64,000 nucleotides of DNA. Source: Octopus sinensis. Lineage: Eukaryota. Below the pieces are notes generated by a model, which saw only the letters and a list, made by a program, of their open reading frames with translations, was not told where the DNA came from and ran no database searches. The DNA lies in NCBI RefSeq assembly GCF_006345805.1, contig NC_043003.1, positions 24,552,001 to 24,616,000 of the forward strand. The letters run 5' to 3'. Both the position numbers and the translations under genes were made by a program. Positions 11,497 through 23,806 of the stretch are shown here, piece after piece; position 1 is the first letter of the stretch, and the number at the start of each line of letters is the position of its first letter.

Positions 11497-12593
11497 CAAT
11501 GGTTCTCAACCAGGGTCGACATAACCATTAGGGATCTATACAAGATTTTGTTAGAATTTATGTACCAGGGACGCATAAAAGGCACCCAGTACACTCTGTA
11601 AAGTGGTTGGTTGTAGGAAGGGTATCCAGCTCCATACAAATCAAACCAAAACAAACTGGAGCCTGGTGCAGCTCTCTGGCTTACCATCTCCAATCAAAGC
11701 ATCTAACCTATAGGTTCTCAAAGTGGGCACTACCGCCCCCCCCCCCACCCCCATTGGGCGTTGAGACTGTCTAGGTGGCCACTGGTGCCTAAGGGGGAGG
11801 AGCGGGGGGTTGGGGCGGTAGAGAAAAAGGAAGAATTGGGAGGAAGGCAGTGGATTGGGGGACGCTATGAATTTATTAATATTATTATAGTATTGTATAC
11901 AAATTAGACAATATTATATTAGATATTAAATGAGTCATAGTATATGTAAATTAGTAAAATATAAAACATCTATTTATACATAAAAATAAGGTTGGGGGCG
12001 TTGAGGATATTGTGTGGTCATAGCCCAAAATGTTTGAGAACCTCTGATCTAATCTATGCCAGCATAGAAAACACACTTTCAATGATGATGTATAAATTGG
12101 GTTATACTTCTACAATTTTTTTTATGCACCCTTTTCAAGCCTAGCTAGGCTCATGGGCCCAGTTTCTGTGGCATGTGTTCTTCCCAGCTGGACAGAACGC
12201 TAGTCCATTACAGCGTTACTCAAGAAACAGGAAGAGAGAGTGAGAGAAAGTTGTGGCAAAAGAGTACAACAGGGGTCGCCACCACCACCCCCTACTGGAG
12301 CCTCGTGGAGCTTTTAAGTGTTTTCGCTCAATAAACACACATAACGCCCAGTCTGGGAATCAAAACCGCGGTCCTCCGACCACGAGTCCGCTGCCCTAAC
12401 CTCTGGGCCATTGCGCCTCCACATACTTCTACAATACACAAAATATTTTAACAACGTTTTTATACAATTTTTGATATTTAATTATAAAAATACAATTGGA
12501 TTTTTTTTTAAACATCAAATGACTATTAGGGTCCAGTAGAGTAGAATAGGAATCAAAAGGGTCCATGGCTAGATAAATGGTTGGGAATCACTG
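11497..12593. mobile_element. hAT-like MITE interrupted by an RTE tail (about 11563-12091), a second hAT-like MITE (11709-12046) and a tRNA SINE (12117-12422)
   Basis: Termini CAATGGTTCTCAACC / GGTTGGGAATCACTG; inner MITE has TIR GGTTCTCAA and 8-bp TSD ATCTAACC/ATCTAATC. Confidence 0.65.
12117..12422 (-). mobile_element. tRNA-derived SINE (GTGGAGGCGCAATGGCC head); related copies about 16900-17141 and 45897-46189
   Basis: tRNA-like head on the minus strand; 13-bp TSD ATACTTCTACAAT (12104, 12423); the 45.9-kb copy has a 15-bp TSD CTTTAT(T/C)GAGTCTTG. Confidence 0.85.
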
Positions 12594-12967
12594 TTGTAGA
12601 GGATACCTTATTGGTTGTTGATGTGCGTCAGGTGGGAAATGAACCTCTTAAGTAACTGTGTTCAGTGAACATTCTACCACTAATTACATGATGCTTATTA
12701 CTGTTTATATGCTGTTGCTTAGCAATAGGTCAACCCTCTGATGAAAGCTGTTCCATCCATGTTCATCCTGTCTGGTTTTCAGACAGTTTATCTAGAATCA
12801 CATTAGCTAATGTGTCCTGCTTTTCAAGATAAGTTGTAATTTAAAGAAAATGTGGTTGCTATTTCTAGTAGACCAAGTGAAACAGAGAGGACCCTTCCTC
12901 CTCCACATCTTCTAAGTCAGTAAACTAATCATTATCATCTTATGTTGTAAGGCAGTAAGCATTGTTA

Positions 12968-13357
12968 TAGGCACAGGAGTGTGGTAAGTAGCTTGCTTAT
13001 GAACCACATGGTTCTGGGTTCAGTCCCACTGCGTGGCACCTTGGGCAAGTGTCTTCTACTATAGCCTCGCGCCAACCAAAGCCTTTTGAGTGGATTTGGT
13101 AGACGGAAACTGAAAGAAGCCCATCGTATATGTATATATGTGTGTGTGTGTGTATTTGTGTGTCTGTTTTCCACCCCCAACATCGCTTGACAACCGATGC
13201 TGGTGTGTCTACGTCCCTGTAACTTAGCGGTTCGGCAAAAGAGACCGATAGAATAAGTACTAGGCTTACAAAGATTAAGTCTTGGGGTCGATTCCCTCAA
13301 CTAAAAGGCGGTGCTCCAGCATGGCCACAGTCAAATGACTGAAACAAGTAAAAGAGT
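12968..13357 (+). mobile_element. CORE-like tRNA SINE with internal microsatellite
   Basis: A-box head, GGTTCAGTCCC B-box, GTGGCACCTTGGGCAAGTG CORE-like motif, internal (TA)(TG) tract, tail GGCCACAGTCAAATGACTGAAACAAGTAAAAGAG. Confidence 0.85.
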
Positions 13358-14051
13358 ATGCCAAGCAAAATGCTTAGCGATATTCCAGCCCTCCTTTGTT
13401 CTGAGGTCAACTTTGCCTTTCATCCTTTCGGGATGAATGAAACTAGTATCGGTGGAGTACTGGGGTCGATGTAATCAACCTACCCACTTCCCCAAAATTT
13501 CAGCCCATGCCCTTATAGTAGAAAGTATTATTATTACTATTAAGGCGTTGAGCTGGCAGAATCATTAGCATGCCGGACAAAATGCTTAGCAATATTTCAT
13601 CCATCCTTACGTTCTGAGTTCAAATCCTCCAAGGTCAACTTTACCTTTCATCCTTTTGGGGTTGATAAAATAAGTACCAGTTGAATACTGGGGTTGATGT
13701 AATCAACTTACCCCCTCCCCAAAAATTTCAGGCCTTGTGTCTGTAGTAGAAAGGATTATTATTTTCTGGCCTGGTGCAGCCTTCGGGCTCCCCAGACCCC
13801 AGTTGAACCGTCCAACCCATGCTAGCATGGAAAACGGACGCTAAATGATGATGATGATGATGATGATGTTGTAATCAGACATTCAACTTCCATGGGTGTA
13901 GCCATGGCTGTGTGGTTAAGATATTTGCTTGGCAATTACGTAATGTCCAGTCAATCCTACTCTGCAGTACTTTGAGCACCTTTCTACCATAACCCTCAGC
14001 TTGACTAACGTATTCGTAGTGAAATTTGGTAGGCAGAAACTATGTGGAATC

Positions 14052-14812
14052 ATGGTGGTGAGTTGGCAGAAACCTTAGCACGCCAGGCAAAATGCTTAGT
14101 GCTATTTCATCTGCCGTTATGTTCTGAGTTTAAATTCCGCTGAGGTCAGCTTTGCCTTTCATCCTTTCGGGGTCTATTAAATAAGTACCAGTTACGCACT
14201 GGGGTCAATATAATCGACTTAATCCGTCTGTCTGTCCTTGTTTGTCCCCTCTATGTTTAGCCCCTGGTGGGCAGTAAAGAAATAGGTATTTCGTTCTGCC
14301 GCTACATTCTGAGTTCAAATTCCACCAAGGTCAACTTTGCCTTTCATCCTTTCGGGGTTGATTAAATAAGTACCAGTTACACACTGGGGTCGATATAATT
14401 GACTTAATCCATCTGTCTGTCCTTGTTTGTCTCCTCTTTGTTTAGCCCCTTGTGGGTAGTAAAGAAATAGGTATTTCATCTGCCATTATGTTCTGAGGTC
14501 AACTTTACCTTTCATCCTTTCGGGGTTGATTAAATAAGTACCAGTGGGGCAATATAATCGACTTAATCCGTTTGTCTCTCCTTGTTTGTCCCCTCTGTGT
14601 GTAGCCCCTTGTGGGCAGTAAAGAAATAGGTATTTCGTCTGCCGTTACGTTCTGAGTTCAAATTCCACCGAGGTCGACTTTGCCTTTCATCCTTTCGGGG
14701 TCTATTAAACTAGTACCAGTTACACACTGGAGTCGATATAATTGACTTAATCCGTTTGTCTCTCCTTGTTTGTCCCCTCTGTGTTTATCCGCTTGTGGGT
14801 AGTAAAGAAATA
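14052..14812 (+). mobile_element. Nin/Deu-like SINE tetramer
   Basis: One full-head unit plus three headless units starting at 14286, 14471 and 14630; a single 17-bp TSD AGAAACTATGTGGAATC at 14035 and 14813. Confidence 0.92.
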
Positions 14813-14860
14813 AGAAACTATGTGGAATCCTATTCTTTTTGTTTTAGTTGGAACACTTAA

Positions 14861-15087
14861 CCCTCTAACATTTAAACCAGCCATATCCAACCAAAATATT
14901 CTACCTGTCTTATTATATTCAAACTGACCAGATCCAGCCCCTCGCACCTACCCTACAATGTCTTCCTAGAAATAAACAATGACGTCATCAAAATCTCAAT
15001 GCTACAAGATAATGCTTGATTGATTCAAAACAACAATAATGAATTGATAAGCATCACATTCAACAGAGTAAACTAAATGCTTAAGGG
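14861..15087. mobile_element. piggyBac-like MITE (related or partial copies about 16698-16890, 55034-55140, 55975-56210, 57590-57706)
   Basis: TTAA|CCCT...AGGG|TTAA termini; internal sequence recurs elsewhere in the window. Confidence 0.7.
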
Positions 15088-15323
15088 TTAACCTGCTGTC
15101 CTCTTTAACCCTGCTACTCAACAACTTGGGTCCCTTTAGTGACAGTCATCTGTTGCAAACATTGATGCTAGGTCTCGGGTCTGAGGATTATATCCTGTTT
15201 TTCCCTTCAACCAGTCCCAGAAGCCTTGGAAAGTGTGATGGGGCAAGTGCCCTTATCCTTTCCTCTAACAAACCAATTAAAATAAATAAATGAATGGATG
15301 AATAGATTAAATAAATAAACAAA

Positions 15324-15479
15324 CAGGAGTGGCTGTGTGGTAAGTAGCTTCTTTACCAACCACATGGTTCCGGGTTCAGTCCCACTGCGTGGCACCTTGG
15401 GCAAGTGTCTTCTACTATAGCCTCAGGCCGACCAAAGCCTTGTGAGTGGATTTGGTAGACGGAAACTGAAAGAAGCCCG

Positions 15480-15518
<39 letters not shown>

Positions 15519-15740
15519 TATGTGTGTGTATATGTTTGTGTGTCTGTGTTTGTCCCCCTAGCATTGCTTGACAACCAATGCTGGTGTGTTTATGTCCCCG
15601 TTACTTAGCGGTTCGGCAAAAGAGACCGATAGAATAAGTACTGGGCTTACAAAAGAATAAGTCCCGGGGTTGAGTTGCTCGATTAAAGGCGGTGCTCCAG
15701 CATGGCCGCAGTCAAATGACTGAAACAAGTAAAAGAGTAA
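15324..15740 (+). mobile_element. CORE-like tRNA SINE with internal microsatellite, full length
   Basis: Same architecture as 12968-13357. Further copies at about 19575-20127 (-), 24547-24930 (-), 25620-26004 (-), 26325-27050 (+), 40020-40385 (+), 55143-55927 (-), 58586-58999 (-), 60733-61132 (+), plus many fragments. Confidence 0.9.
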
Positions 15741-17241
15741 ATTACTTAGTCATTATCGTTATTGTTTCTGACATTTTGACATTCAGCTACAAGCATAACA
15801 GATAACTTCGTTTATCTTGAATCATTTACCTTTATTATTATTTATTAGTTTCTTTGCTTCGCCACCTCCACCCTCTTCATTTGTATTTCATATCTATTGA
15901 TAAATGTTATGTGAACCTTCATTTACATTTTCTTCTATCTCTCTTTCTCTCTCTTATTTGTTAAACGTCACTATTATAAATTTTAAGACAGGTCAAAGAA
16001 CTTTCGTTTATTTTGCAATCTTATTTATGGACTCTTCATAGTATCATGTTGTTGTGATTTTATGCGAGATATATTTTCTGTGTGATTAAGCGTTTTACTT
16101 CCTGACCATGTAGTTTCAGGTTCAGTCCCACTGTGTGGTGTCTTGGGCAAGTGTTTTCTATAGCTCTGGGCTCACAAACGTTTTGTGATTGGATTTGGTA
16201 GAGAGGAACTGAATGAAACTAGTTGTGTGTGTATGTATCATCTGTTTCTCATGCTGGCATAATGTATGTGTGATTCAGGTTGACCAGTTTTTCCCACACA
16301 TTTCTGTATGCAAGGCTTGCTAACCCCCTCATAATCTCTCCTTTTATTATTAATAAAGTTGTTAGAATGTATATTAAGCCCTTTTATCTATCTACTTTGG
16401 CCTGTATTATGATAGGGCTTTTGGGAATAATTGTCCCTTACTGGTCCTTGAGCCAACCTGCAAAGTCAAACAAGTTTAATACCTCTGATAGGTGTTATCA
16501 GAAGTATTAAACTCTGAAGAACAGAGATAAAGTGAGGTTGTTACATTGGATGTAGATTCTACATTTGCCATGGTAACTGAACTTATCAATCTCTCCTATC
16601 CTTTATTGCTGATTTTCCTTAAATTCTGAATTATCTTAATCCTTTTGGTACCAACTCTGCTGGCAGGACACATGATTCTGTGATACATATTTCATGTTTT
16701 AACCCATTAGTATTTAAACTGTCCATATCCAGCCCCAAATTTTCTACCCGTTTTATGTTCAAACGGGCCAGATCCGGCATCTCACACCTACCCCCCAGTG
16801 TCATTCTAAAAATATACAATCATATCATTGAAATCTCAAAGCTACAAGATAATGCATGATAAATTCAAAACATTGTGAATAAATAAGCAATAAACTGGAC
16901 TCTGTCTCTGTCACCCTTTCAAGCCTAGCCAGGCTCATGGGCCCAGTTTCTGTGGCATATGTGTTCCCCTCAGCTGGACAGGACGCCAGTCCATCGCAGC
17001 GTTACTCAAGAAACAGGGAGTCACCACCACCCCCTGCCGGAGCCTTGTGGAGTTTTTAGGTGTTTTCACTCAATAAACACACACTAGACCCGGTCTGGGA
17101 ATCGAAACCGCAATCCTCCAACTGTGAGTCTGCGCCTCCACAGTAAACTGGGCTAAGTTTATCTAAATTAAAACTTTCATCAAAATTTCATGTCAATTTA
17201 TTTTCAAAATAATTGAAACAAAGGCAGTGTATTTCAACTGT

Positions 17242-17568
17242 GTGAAGGTGCATGGCTTAGTGGTTAGGGTATTCGCCTCACAATCATAAGGCTGTGAGTT
17301 CAATTCCCAGTGACGCATTGTGTCCTTGAGCAAGACACTTTATTACATGTTGCTCCAGTTCACTCAACTGACAAAAATGAATAGTGCTTATATTTCAAAG
17401 GGCCAGCCCTGTCACATTCTTTGTCACACTGAATCTACCTGGGAACTACATTAAAGGTACATATGTCTGTGGAGTGCTCAGCCACATGCACGTTAATTTC
17501 ATGAGCTGGCTGTTCCATTGATTGGATCAACTGGAACTCTTGTGTTAAAACTGATGGAATTCCAATTG
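17242..17568 (+). mobile_element. tRNA-head SINE subfamily (related copy about 41020-41345)
   Basis: GGTGCATGGCTTAGTGGTTAGG A-box, GAGTTCAATTCC B-box, TTGTGTCCTTGAGCAAGACAC segment; the body is shared with the 41-kb copy. Confidence 0.75.
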
Positions 17569-17691
17569 ATTTCAACAGTAATATAGTAACAAAAGGGTTG
17601 ATTATTAATAACTTGAGATGAAAATAAGCTCCAAATAGGCATGACTTTCTATGTGTCATATTTTTCATATAACATTGTTTTTCTTTTCCAG

Positions 17692-17801
17692 AACTGTTTT
17701 GAATGTGGCACTCACAATCCCCAATGGGTGAGTGTATCCTATGGTATATGGATTTGTTTAGAATGTTCTGGAAAACACCGTGGTCTTGGAGTCCATCTTA
17801 G
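17692..17801 (+). CDS. ARFGAP1: ArfGAP1 coding exon 2, GAP-domain zinc finger ([37 protein letters not shown])
   Basis: Polypyrimidine tract plus CAG acceptor at 17691; CxxC-x16-CxxC-x4-R ArfGAP signature; GTAAGT donor at 17802; 110 nt, phase 0 to 2. Confidence 0.98.
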
Positions 17802-18047
17802 GTAAGTAATATCAGGTCTCTTAATTTTTTGACGTCTGCACTTCCATGTTTGCATGGATCAAATGGAATTCATTGAAGAAGATAATCTACCATAGGTTGC
17901 TTTTCATGTCACCAGGCCTCACCTGTTTCCAAGCAAGGTAATATTCCCTCTTGTCCTTCAAAAACGTACAACGTGATGGTCAGACATGTTTTCAGGGAAG
18001 ATGCTGCTTGAATTATGGCACTGATGACAAGGATTCTTTCCGTTTCT

Positions 18048-18465
18048 TATTTCCTTATTGACAACAAAGGGCTAAACATAGAGGGGACAAACAAGGACAG
18101 ACAAAGGAATAAAGTCAATTACATCGATCCCAGTGTGTAACTGGTACTTAATTTATCGACCCCGAAAGGATGAAAGGCAAAGTCGACCTCGGCGGAATTT
18201 GAACTCAGAATGTAACAGCAGACAAAATACCTATTTCTTTACTGCCCACAAGGGGCTACACACAGAGGAGACAAACAAGGACAGGCAAACGGATTAAGTT
18301 GATTATATCGACCCCAGTGTGTAACTGGTACCTATTTAATTGACCCCGAAAGGATGAAAGGCAAAGTCGACCTCGGTGGAATTTGAACTTAGAACGTAGC
18401 GGCAAACGAAATACCTCTAAGCATTTCGCCCAGCATGCTAACGTTTCTGCCAGCTCACCATCTTA
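18048..18465 (-). mobile_element. Nin/Deu-like SINE dimer
   Basis: Junction at 18230/18231 (reverse complement AAATAG|GTATTT); 17-bp TSD GGATTCTTTC(C/A)GTTTCT at 18031 and 18466. Confidence 0.9.
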
Positions 18466-19010
18466 GGATTCTTTCAGTTTCTGCCTACCAAATCCACTCA
18501 GAAAGCTTTGGTCAACCCAACGCTATAGTAGAAAACACTTGCCCAAAGTGTCCCACAATGGGACTGAACCTGGAACCATGTGGTTGGGAAGCAAACTTCT
18601 TACCACACAACCATCGATTTTAACATAAGCAAAAGGCAGCTCATTTGTAAGGGAGGGTGGTACGGTAGCTTATATCAAACAACATATTTGAATTGTACTA
18701 TTTTTATCATCCTCCTTAAGGAAGAAAGCTACAAATGACCTTGATGGAATTTGAAATCAGAACATAATGTAATTAAATACCTCGTGGCATTTTCTCTGAT
18801 GTTCTACCGATTCTGCCAAACTACCACCCATATTCACATTTCCTGCTGACAACAATGTATTCCTCTCTTTGGCATACATAGCCAGATGCCCCTATGGCTT
18901 TCTCTTCCGCTTTCACTCTTTGTTTCTCCTCTTTCACTTTCTTTTTCTTTCTTATCCTGCTTTCTCTTTCTTATTTCCTCCTCCTTTTTACTTGAGAGTT
19001 CTTTCTCATC

Positions 19011-19446
19011 GCCATCATCATTTAATGTCTGCTAGCATAGGTTGGACAGTTTGACTGAGGACTGGCAAGCCAGTAGGCTGCACCAGGCTCCAATCTGATC
19101 TGGCAAGGTTTCTACAGCTGGATGCCCTTCCTAATGCCAGCCTCTCTGAGAATGTAGTGGGTGCCTTTTAAGTGCCACCAGCATGGGAGCCAGTCAGAGG
19201 ACACTGGCATCGACCATGTTTGGATGGTGCCTTTTACATGCTGCCAGCACAGGAGCCAGTTAGGGGGTACTAGCATCGACCATGTTTGGATGGTGCTTAT
19301 TATGTGTCACCAGCACAAGTGCCAGTCAGACGGCACTGGCCACGACTATGATTTCAATTTCACTTGACTGAACAGGCCTTCGCAAGCACATCATATCACC
19401 TGACGCTTTAAGGGTACTTTTGAATGGGCTGGTTATGCAACACTGG
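19011..19446 (-). mobile_element. 5'-truncated RTE-type LINE 3'UTR with 2-3 internal repeat units
   Basis: (CAT)n end, GGATGCCCTTCCTAATGCC motif and GTGCCACC-containing units shared with the ORF-bearing RTE copies. Similar tails at about 13768-13868, 19790-19975, 21738-22016, 26446-26750, 30685-30895, 40845-41020, 42217-42585, 44372-44633, 56252-56533, 62534-62716. Confidence 0.8.
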
Positions 19447-22045
19447 CATCAGCCATGGCTGCAATCTCCAAACCATACCGTTACATAAACACTTGCCCAA
19501 CAGCAGCCCTTGTTATATAATATAGATACATCAGCACAAGCATCTATAATTATAATATATATATATAGGTATATCTTTTATCTTTTACCTGTTTTGGTCA
19601 TTAGACTGCGGCCATGCTGGGGCACCACCTTGAATTTTTAGTCAAATAAATCAACCAAATACTTATTTAAGCCTGGTACTTATTGTATTAGTCACTTTTG
19701 GTGATCCACTAAGTTATCAACATGTGACAACCCCAGTTGTCACATGGTGATGGGAGGACAAAGACAGACACACACACACACATATATATATCGTCATCAT
19801 CATCATCATCGTTTAACATCCGCTTTCCATGCTAGCATGGGTTGGACGATTTTGACTGAGGGCTGGCGAACCAGATGGCTGCATCAGGCTCCAATCTTGA
19901 TTTGGCAGAGTTTCTACAGCTGGATGCCCTTCCTAACGCCAACCACTCCAAGAGTGTAGTGGTGTCATATATATATGACGGGCTTTCAGTTTTCACCTAC
20001 CAAATCCACTCACAAGGCTTTGGTTGTCCCGAAGCTATTGTAGAAGATACTTGCCCAAGGTGTCACACAGTGGGACTGAACCCAAAACCATGTGATTGGG
20101 AACCAAGCTTCTTACCACACAGCCACTTCTGTTACATATATAAGTATATATATAATGCTTATGTTTTTAAGTGTGTGTGTATGAAGGTGCATGGCTCAGT
20201 GGTTAGAGTATCCCTCCTCTCTGTTAGGAAGCACAAGCACTTACACACGCATGTACACAGCCTACAAAATTCAATCACAAGGCTTCAGTCAGTCCAGGCT
20301 TTCAATTCTAAGTTCAGTTCCCAAACCAGGTTGTGTATTGTGTTCTTGAGCAAAGTGCTTTATTTCATCTTGCTCCATTTCCCTCAGCTGTGGAAAAGAG
20401 TCATGATACCTCTGGTGCCATGCATTGCCTTCCCATTGGACAACACCGGTGGCATGAAGAGGGGAGATTGGTATGCATGGGCAACTGTTGGTCTTCCACA
20501 AACAACCTAGCCCAGACTTGTGCCTCATAAGGAAACTTTCTAAATACAAACCCCTTTGTGACAAAAGGGGGTTTTTACCCTTTTCTCTGTGTGTTTCATG
20601 TAGTTTCAGGCTCATCTCATTGCACGACAACTTCGACAAGTGTCTTCTATTATAACCCTGGGCAGATCAATACCTTGTGACTGAATTTGGTTGAAGGAAA
20701 CTGTAGAAGCCCATTTTGTGTGTGTGTGTGTGAGTGTGTAGCCCCCTACAACCACTTGACAATTGATGTTGCTTTGATCATGTCCTCATGACTTAGTGAT
20801 TTGGCAAAAGAGACTGATGAAATAAGTAGCAGACTTTAAAAAAAATAAGTACTGGGGTTGATTTTTTTTACTAAACCCTACAAAACAATGCCCCAACTTG
20901 GCTGTTGTCCAATGACTGAAACATGTAAAAGATAAAAGATATATAGATAGACACATAAAAGGTTGTGTGGCAGTGCTTTATCATTATTAAAATAATAAAT
21001 ATTTAATTTTATTATGCCATGCACTAGTGCAATTAATAGTTAATTACTCTGACTTTTTCATGATCAGTAATATCAGTCCTCAGGCAAATGAGGAATGAGG
21101 TCAGTTTTGTTTGTTTTTTTCCCAAGAGCATTCGTTAGCAGAGTAAATGAAATAGCTGTCACTAAGAATTGAAACTGTGACTGCTCATTTGTAAACTATA
21201 AATGTGTATGTGTGTATTTGGGGATAGCTGTGTGATTAAGAAGTTGAGTTCAAAACCTTGTGGTTAGGGTTTCAGTCCTTTTATGTGGATGCTGTCAGCT
21301 GTTGTCCTCTTATATTCATGAGTTGACCAGTACTTTCTGAGTGAAATTGCTAGACAGAAACTGAAGAAGTCTATCAAACACATACACACACATGTCTGTA
21401 TATGTGTGTCTGTTTGTGTGAGTGAGTTTGTATTTCCCTTCATTTTCAAATGTGTTTCATGTCTAAACAAAATGGCTCATTCAAATGATGTCCTTTCTTT
21501 ACAGTTTTCTATGTTACCGTGTCCAGGTTGTTCATTCCTTGATAGACTGGGGAAATATTACCTTGCTTTGAAACATGCAAACAGGTCAGGGTTTGACATC
21601 AGAAAGGACATCTGGCAATGTAAAACTCAGTCACAATGTAGTTTAAATCTGATTTATGCAAGCAAGAAAAGGTTGACATTGAACCAATAAACAATGATTA
21701 TATATGTGTGTGTATATATAGGCTTGTATCATCATATATGGCCATTGCCAGCCTACCCTGGCACCTGTCCGGTGGCACGTAAAAAGCACCATCCGTACGT
21801 GGCCGATGCCAGCGCCGCCTGACTGGTTTCCATGTCGGTGGCACGTAAAAAGTACCCACTACACTCACGGAGTGGTTGGCGTTAGGAAGGGCATCCAGCT
21901 GTAGAAACACTGCCAGATCAGACTGGAGCCTGATGCAGCCTCCTGGCTTCCCAGACCCCGGTCGGACCATCCAACCCATGCTAGCATGGAAAACGGACAT
22001 TAAACAATGATGATGATATATATATTTATATATATATATATATAT

Positions 22046-22083
<38 letters not shown>

Positions 22084-22090
22084 GACACAC

Positions 22091-22294
22091 AAAAGTTCCT
22101 GGCTTTGGATAAAAGAAAATACAGGAGGATTAGTTAATTATGATTTTATTCACCTTATTCCCCTCTTGGATTCACACTTATTACAGTGGTCTTTCTGTTT
22201 TTCTAAGCCCTGTAAAAAAAACTCAGAAGGTTGGACCTCCAACCAAGCCTTTTGCAATAACCTTAAATCTAGGAACTTTTCAGCACCCACTCTT
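22091..22294. mobile_element. mariner-like MITE, left end truncated (same family as 36737-36927)
   Basis: AAAAGTTCCTGGCTTT ... AGGAACTTTTCAGCACCC TIR-like ends. Confidence 0.7.
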
Positions 22295-22361
22295 ATATGT
22301 TGATACTAACATATATAGTAGAGAAGACAGGAAATGTTATAACATCACCTATATAATATAA

Positions 22362-23075
22362 TGAAATTATTGTATACAGTGCTCAGGTGCACCACAACTT
22401 GTCAAAAGTGCATATAAAGCATATGCAGTAATGGACAAATGTCTGGGAAGTGAACGGTGTATGAGTCAGATACATGCTTCGGTGAGCTAGCTGAAACGTT
22501 AGCATGCCGGGCGAAATGCGTAGCCGTATTTCGTCTGCCGTTACGTTCTGAGTTCAAATTCCGCCGAGGTCGACTTTGCCTTTCATCCATTCGGGGTCGA
22601 TAAATTAAGTACCAGTTACGCACTGGTGTCGATATAATCAACTTAATCTGTTTGTCTGTCCTTGTTCGTCCCCTCTGTGTTTAGCCCCTTGTGGGTAGTA
22701 AAGAAATAGATACATGCTTGTGTGTGTATGGAGGGGAGAAAATCAGGTGTAGTATTGGCAAATCTTAGGAAGCATGGAAGTTTTGAAGCTGTGCTGTTTT
22801 CTGACTTTGTAAACATGTCCACGGGTGTTAGACAGGTGGAATTTGAAAAGGTGCTCAGAGTTATTTTTAGTAAGATGGTTAATAATTTAATGGGTGTCTG
22901 TCAAGTCAGCTGCCAGACATCAGCGTTTCAATGTATCCATGCCCAAGGAAGTAAGGCATTCAGAATATGGCAAATGCATGATGGAGGGTATTCTCTTGGT
23001 TGCACGTCACTGAACAGTTTCCAGATGATTAATATCCTGGGCAAGATAGGAGTTTGAATTTAGTTCCTGCACAGG
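22362..23075 (-). mobile_element. CR1-group LINE 3' fragment, interrupted by a SINE monomer (22480-22707)
   Basis: Minus-strand degenerate translation ETVQ*RATKRIPS...HLSNTRGH with an (ATT)n tail; the SINE is flanked by a 12-bp TSD AGATACATGCTT (22468, 22708). Confidence 0.8.
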
Positions 23076-23273
23076 AACTAAATATTTATACTGGTAATGA
23101 CTTATTTCCACTACATATGCTCTATATTTCTTAACTACTAAATGCTGATAAGTACAGTGGTCATCTAAACACTATACTGGAAGCCAACTAGATAATGATA
23201 ATGTCTGTGAAGCTCTAATTTGTATAGTAGTAGTTGTACATCTAACTGTACACATAAGATATAATATGGATAA

Positions 23274-23806
23274 TCTATTATATAAAATCCATTCTGTCTG
23301 TCTGTGTGTATGTCTTCTAGGATCTCAGGCATCCTCCATCTGATTGCGCTCAAATCTGATATGTAGATACCGATGGTATCAGGGCATGTATAAGTCTTGA
23401 AAAAATTACAAAAATCAATTCCAGGTGAGAATGCAATCGATAAAGCCGTGGGAACGTGCATTTTTATGTGCAAGTACATCAGCTGTTGCGATTGATACTA
23501 TGTGTACGCAAGAAAAATGCCGGCTGGCTTGAAATATTGTGGCTTGTCACAAAATGCAGTATATTTAAGAGACCGAAAAAGTAAGATGCAAAAGAGATAT
23601 TTTCTTCAAACTTGGCGTGAAGGAAGGAAAGACTATTTGGTTTCTCAAGAAGTTTTTTTTTTGCCTTAACTTCGTTTAACAAAACCAAAAATTTTATTGA
23701 AATAAAGGCATGCTTAATTATTTTTTAATGAATAGAAAACACTGATTACATTTTATTCAGCAAATATGATTCAGCACCCTCCTTTGGACAGGGGGCGTTT
23801 TGCTAG
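23274..23806 (+). mobile_element. Candidate non-autonomous Helitron
   Basis: 5' TCTATTATATAAAA..CTGTCTGTCTG start after A; 3' CCCTCC/GGGGG hairpin then GCTAG; the 3' flank is G rather than T. Confidence 0.5.

Noticed and set aside
12738-12790. CTGATGA followed by an AAGCTGT/ACAGTTT stem
   Set aside because: No GAAA, stem III or stem I after the stem.
16513-16582. CTGAAGA upstream of CCATGGTAACTGA, resembling the 3' part of the 60.3-kb hammerhead
   Set aside because: GAAA is missing and stems I and II do not pair; chance or an unrecognisably decayed copy.
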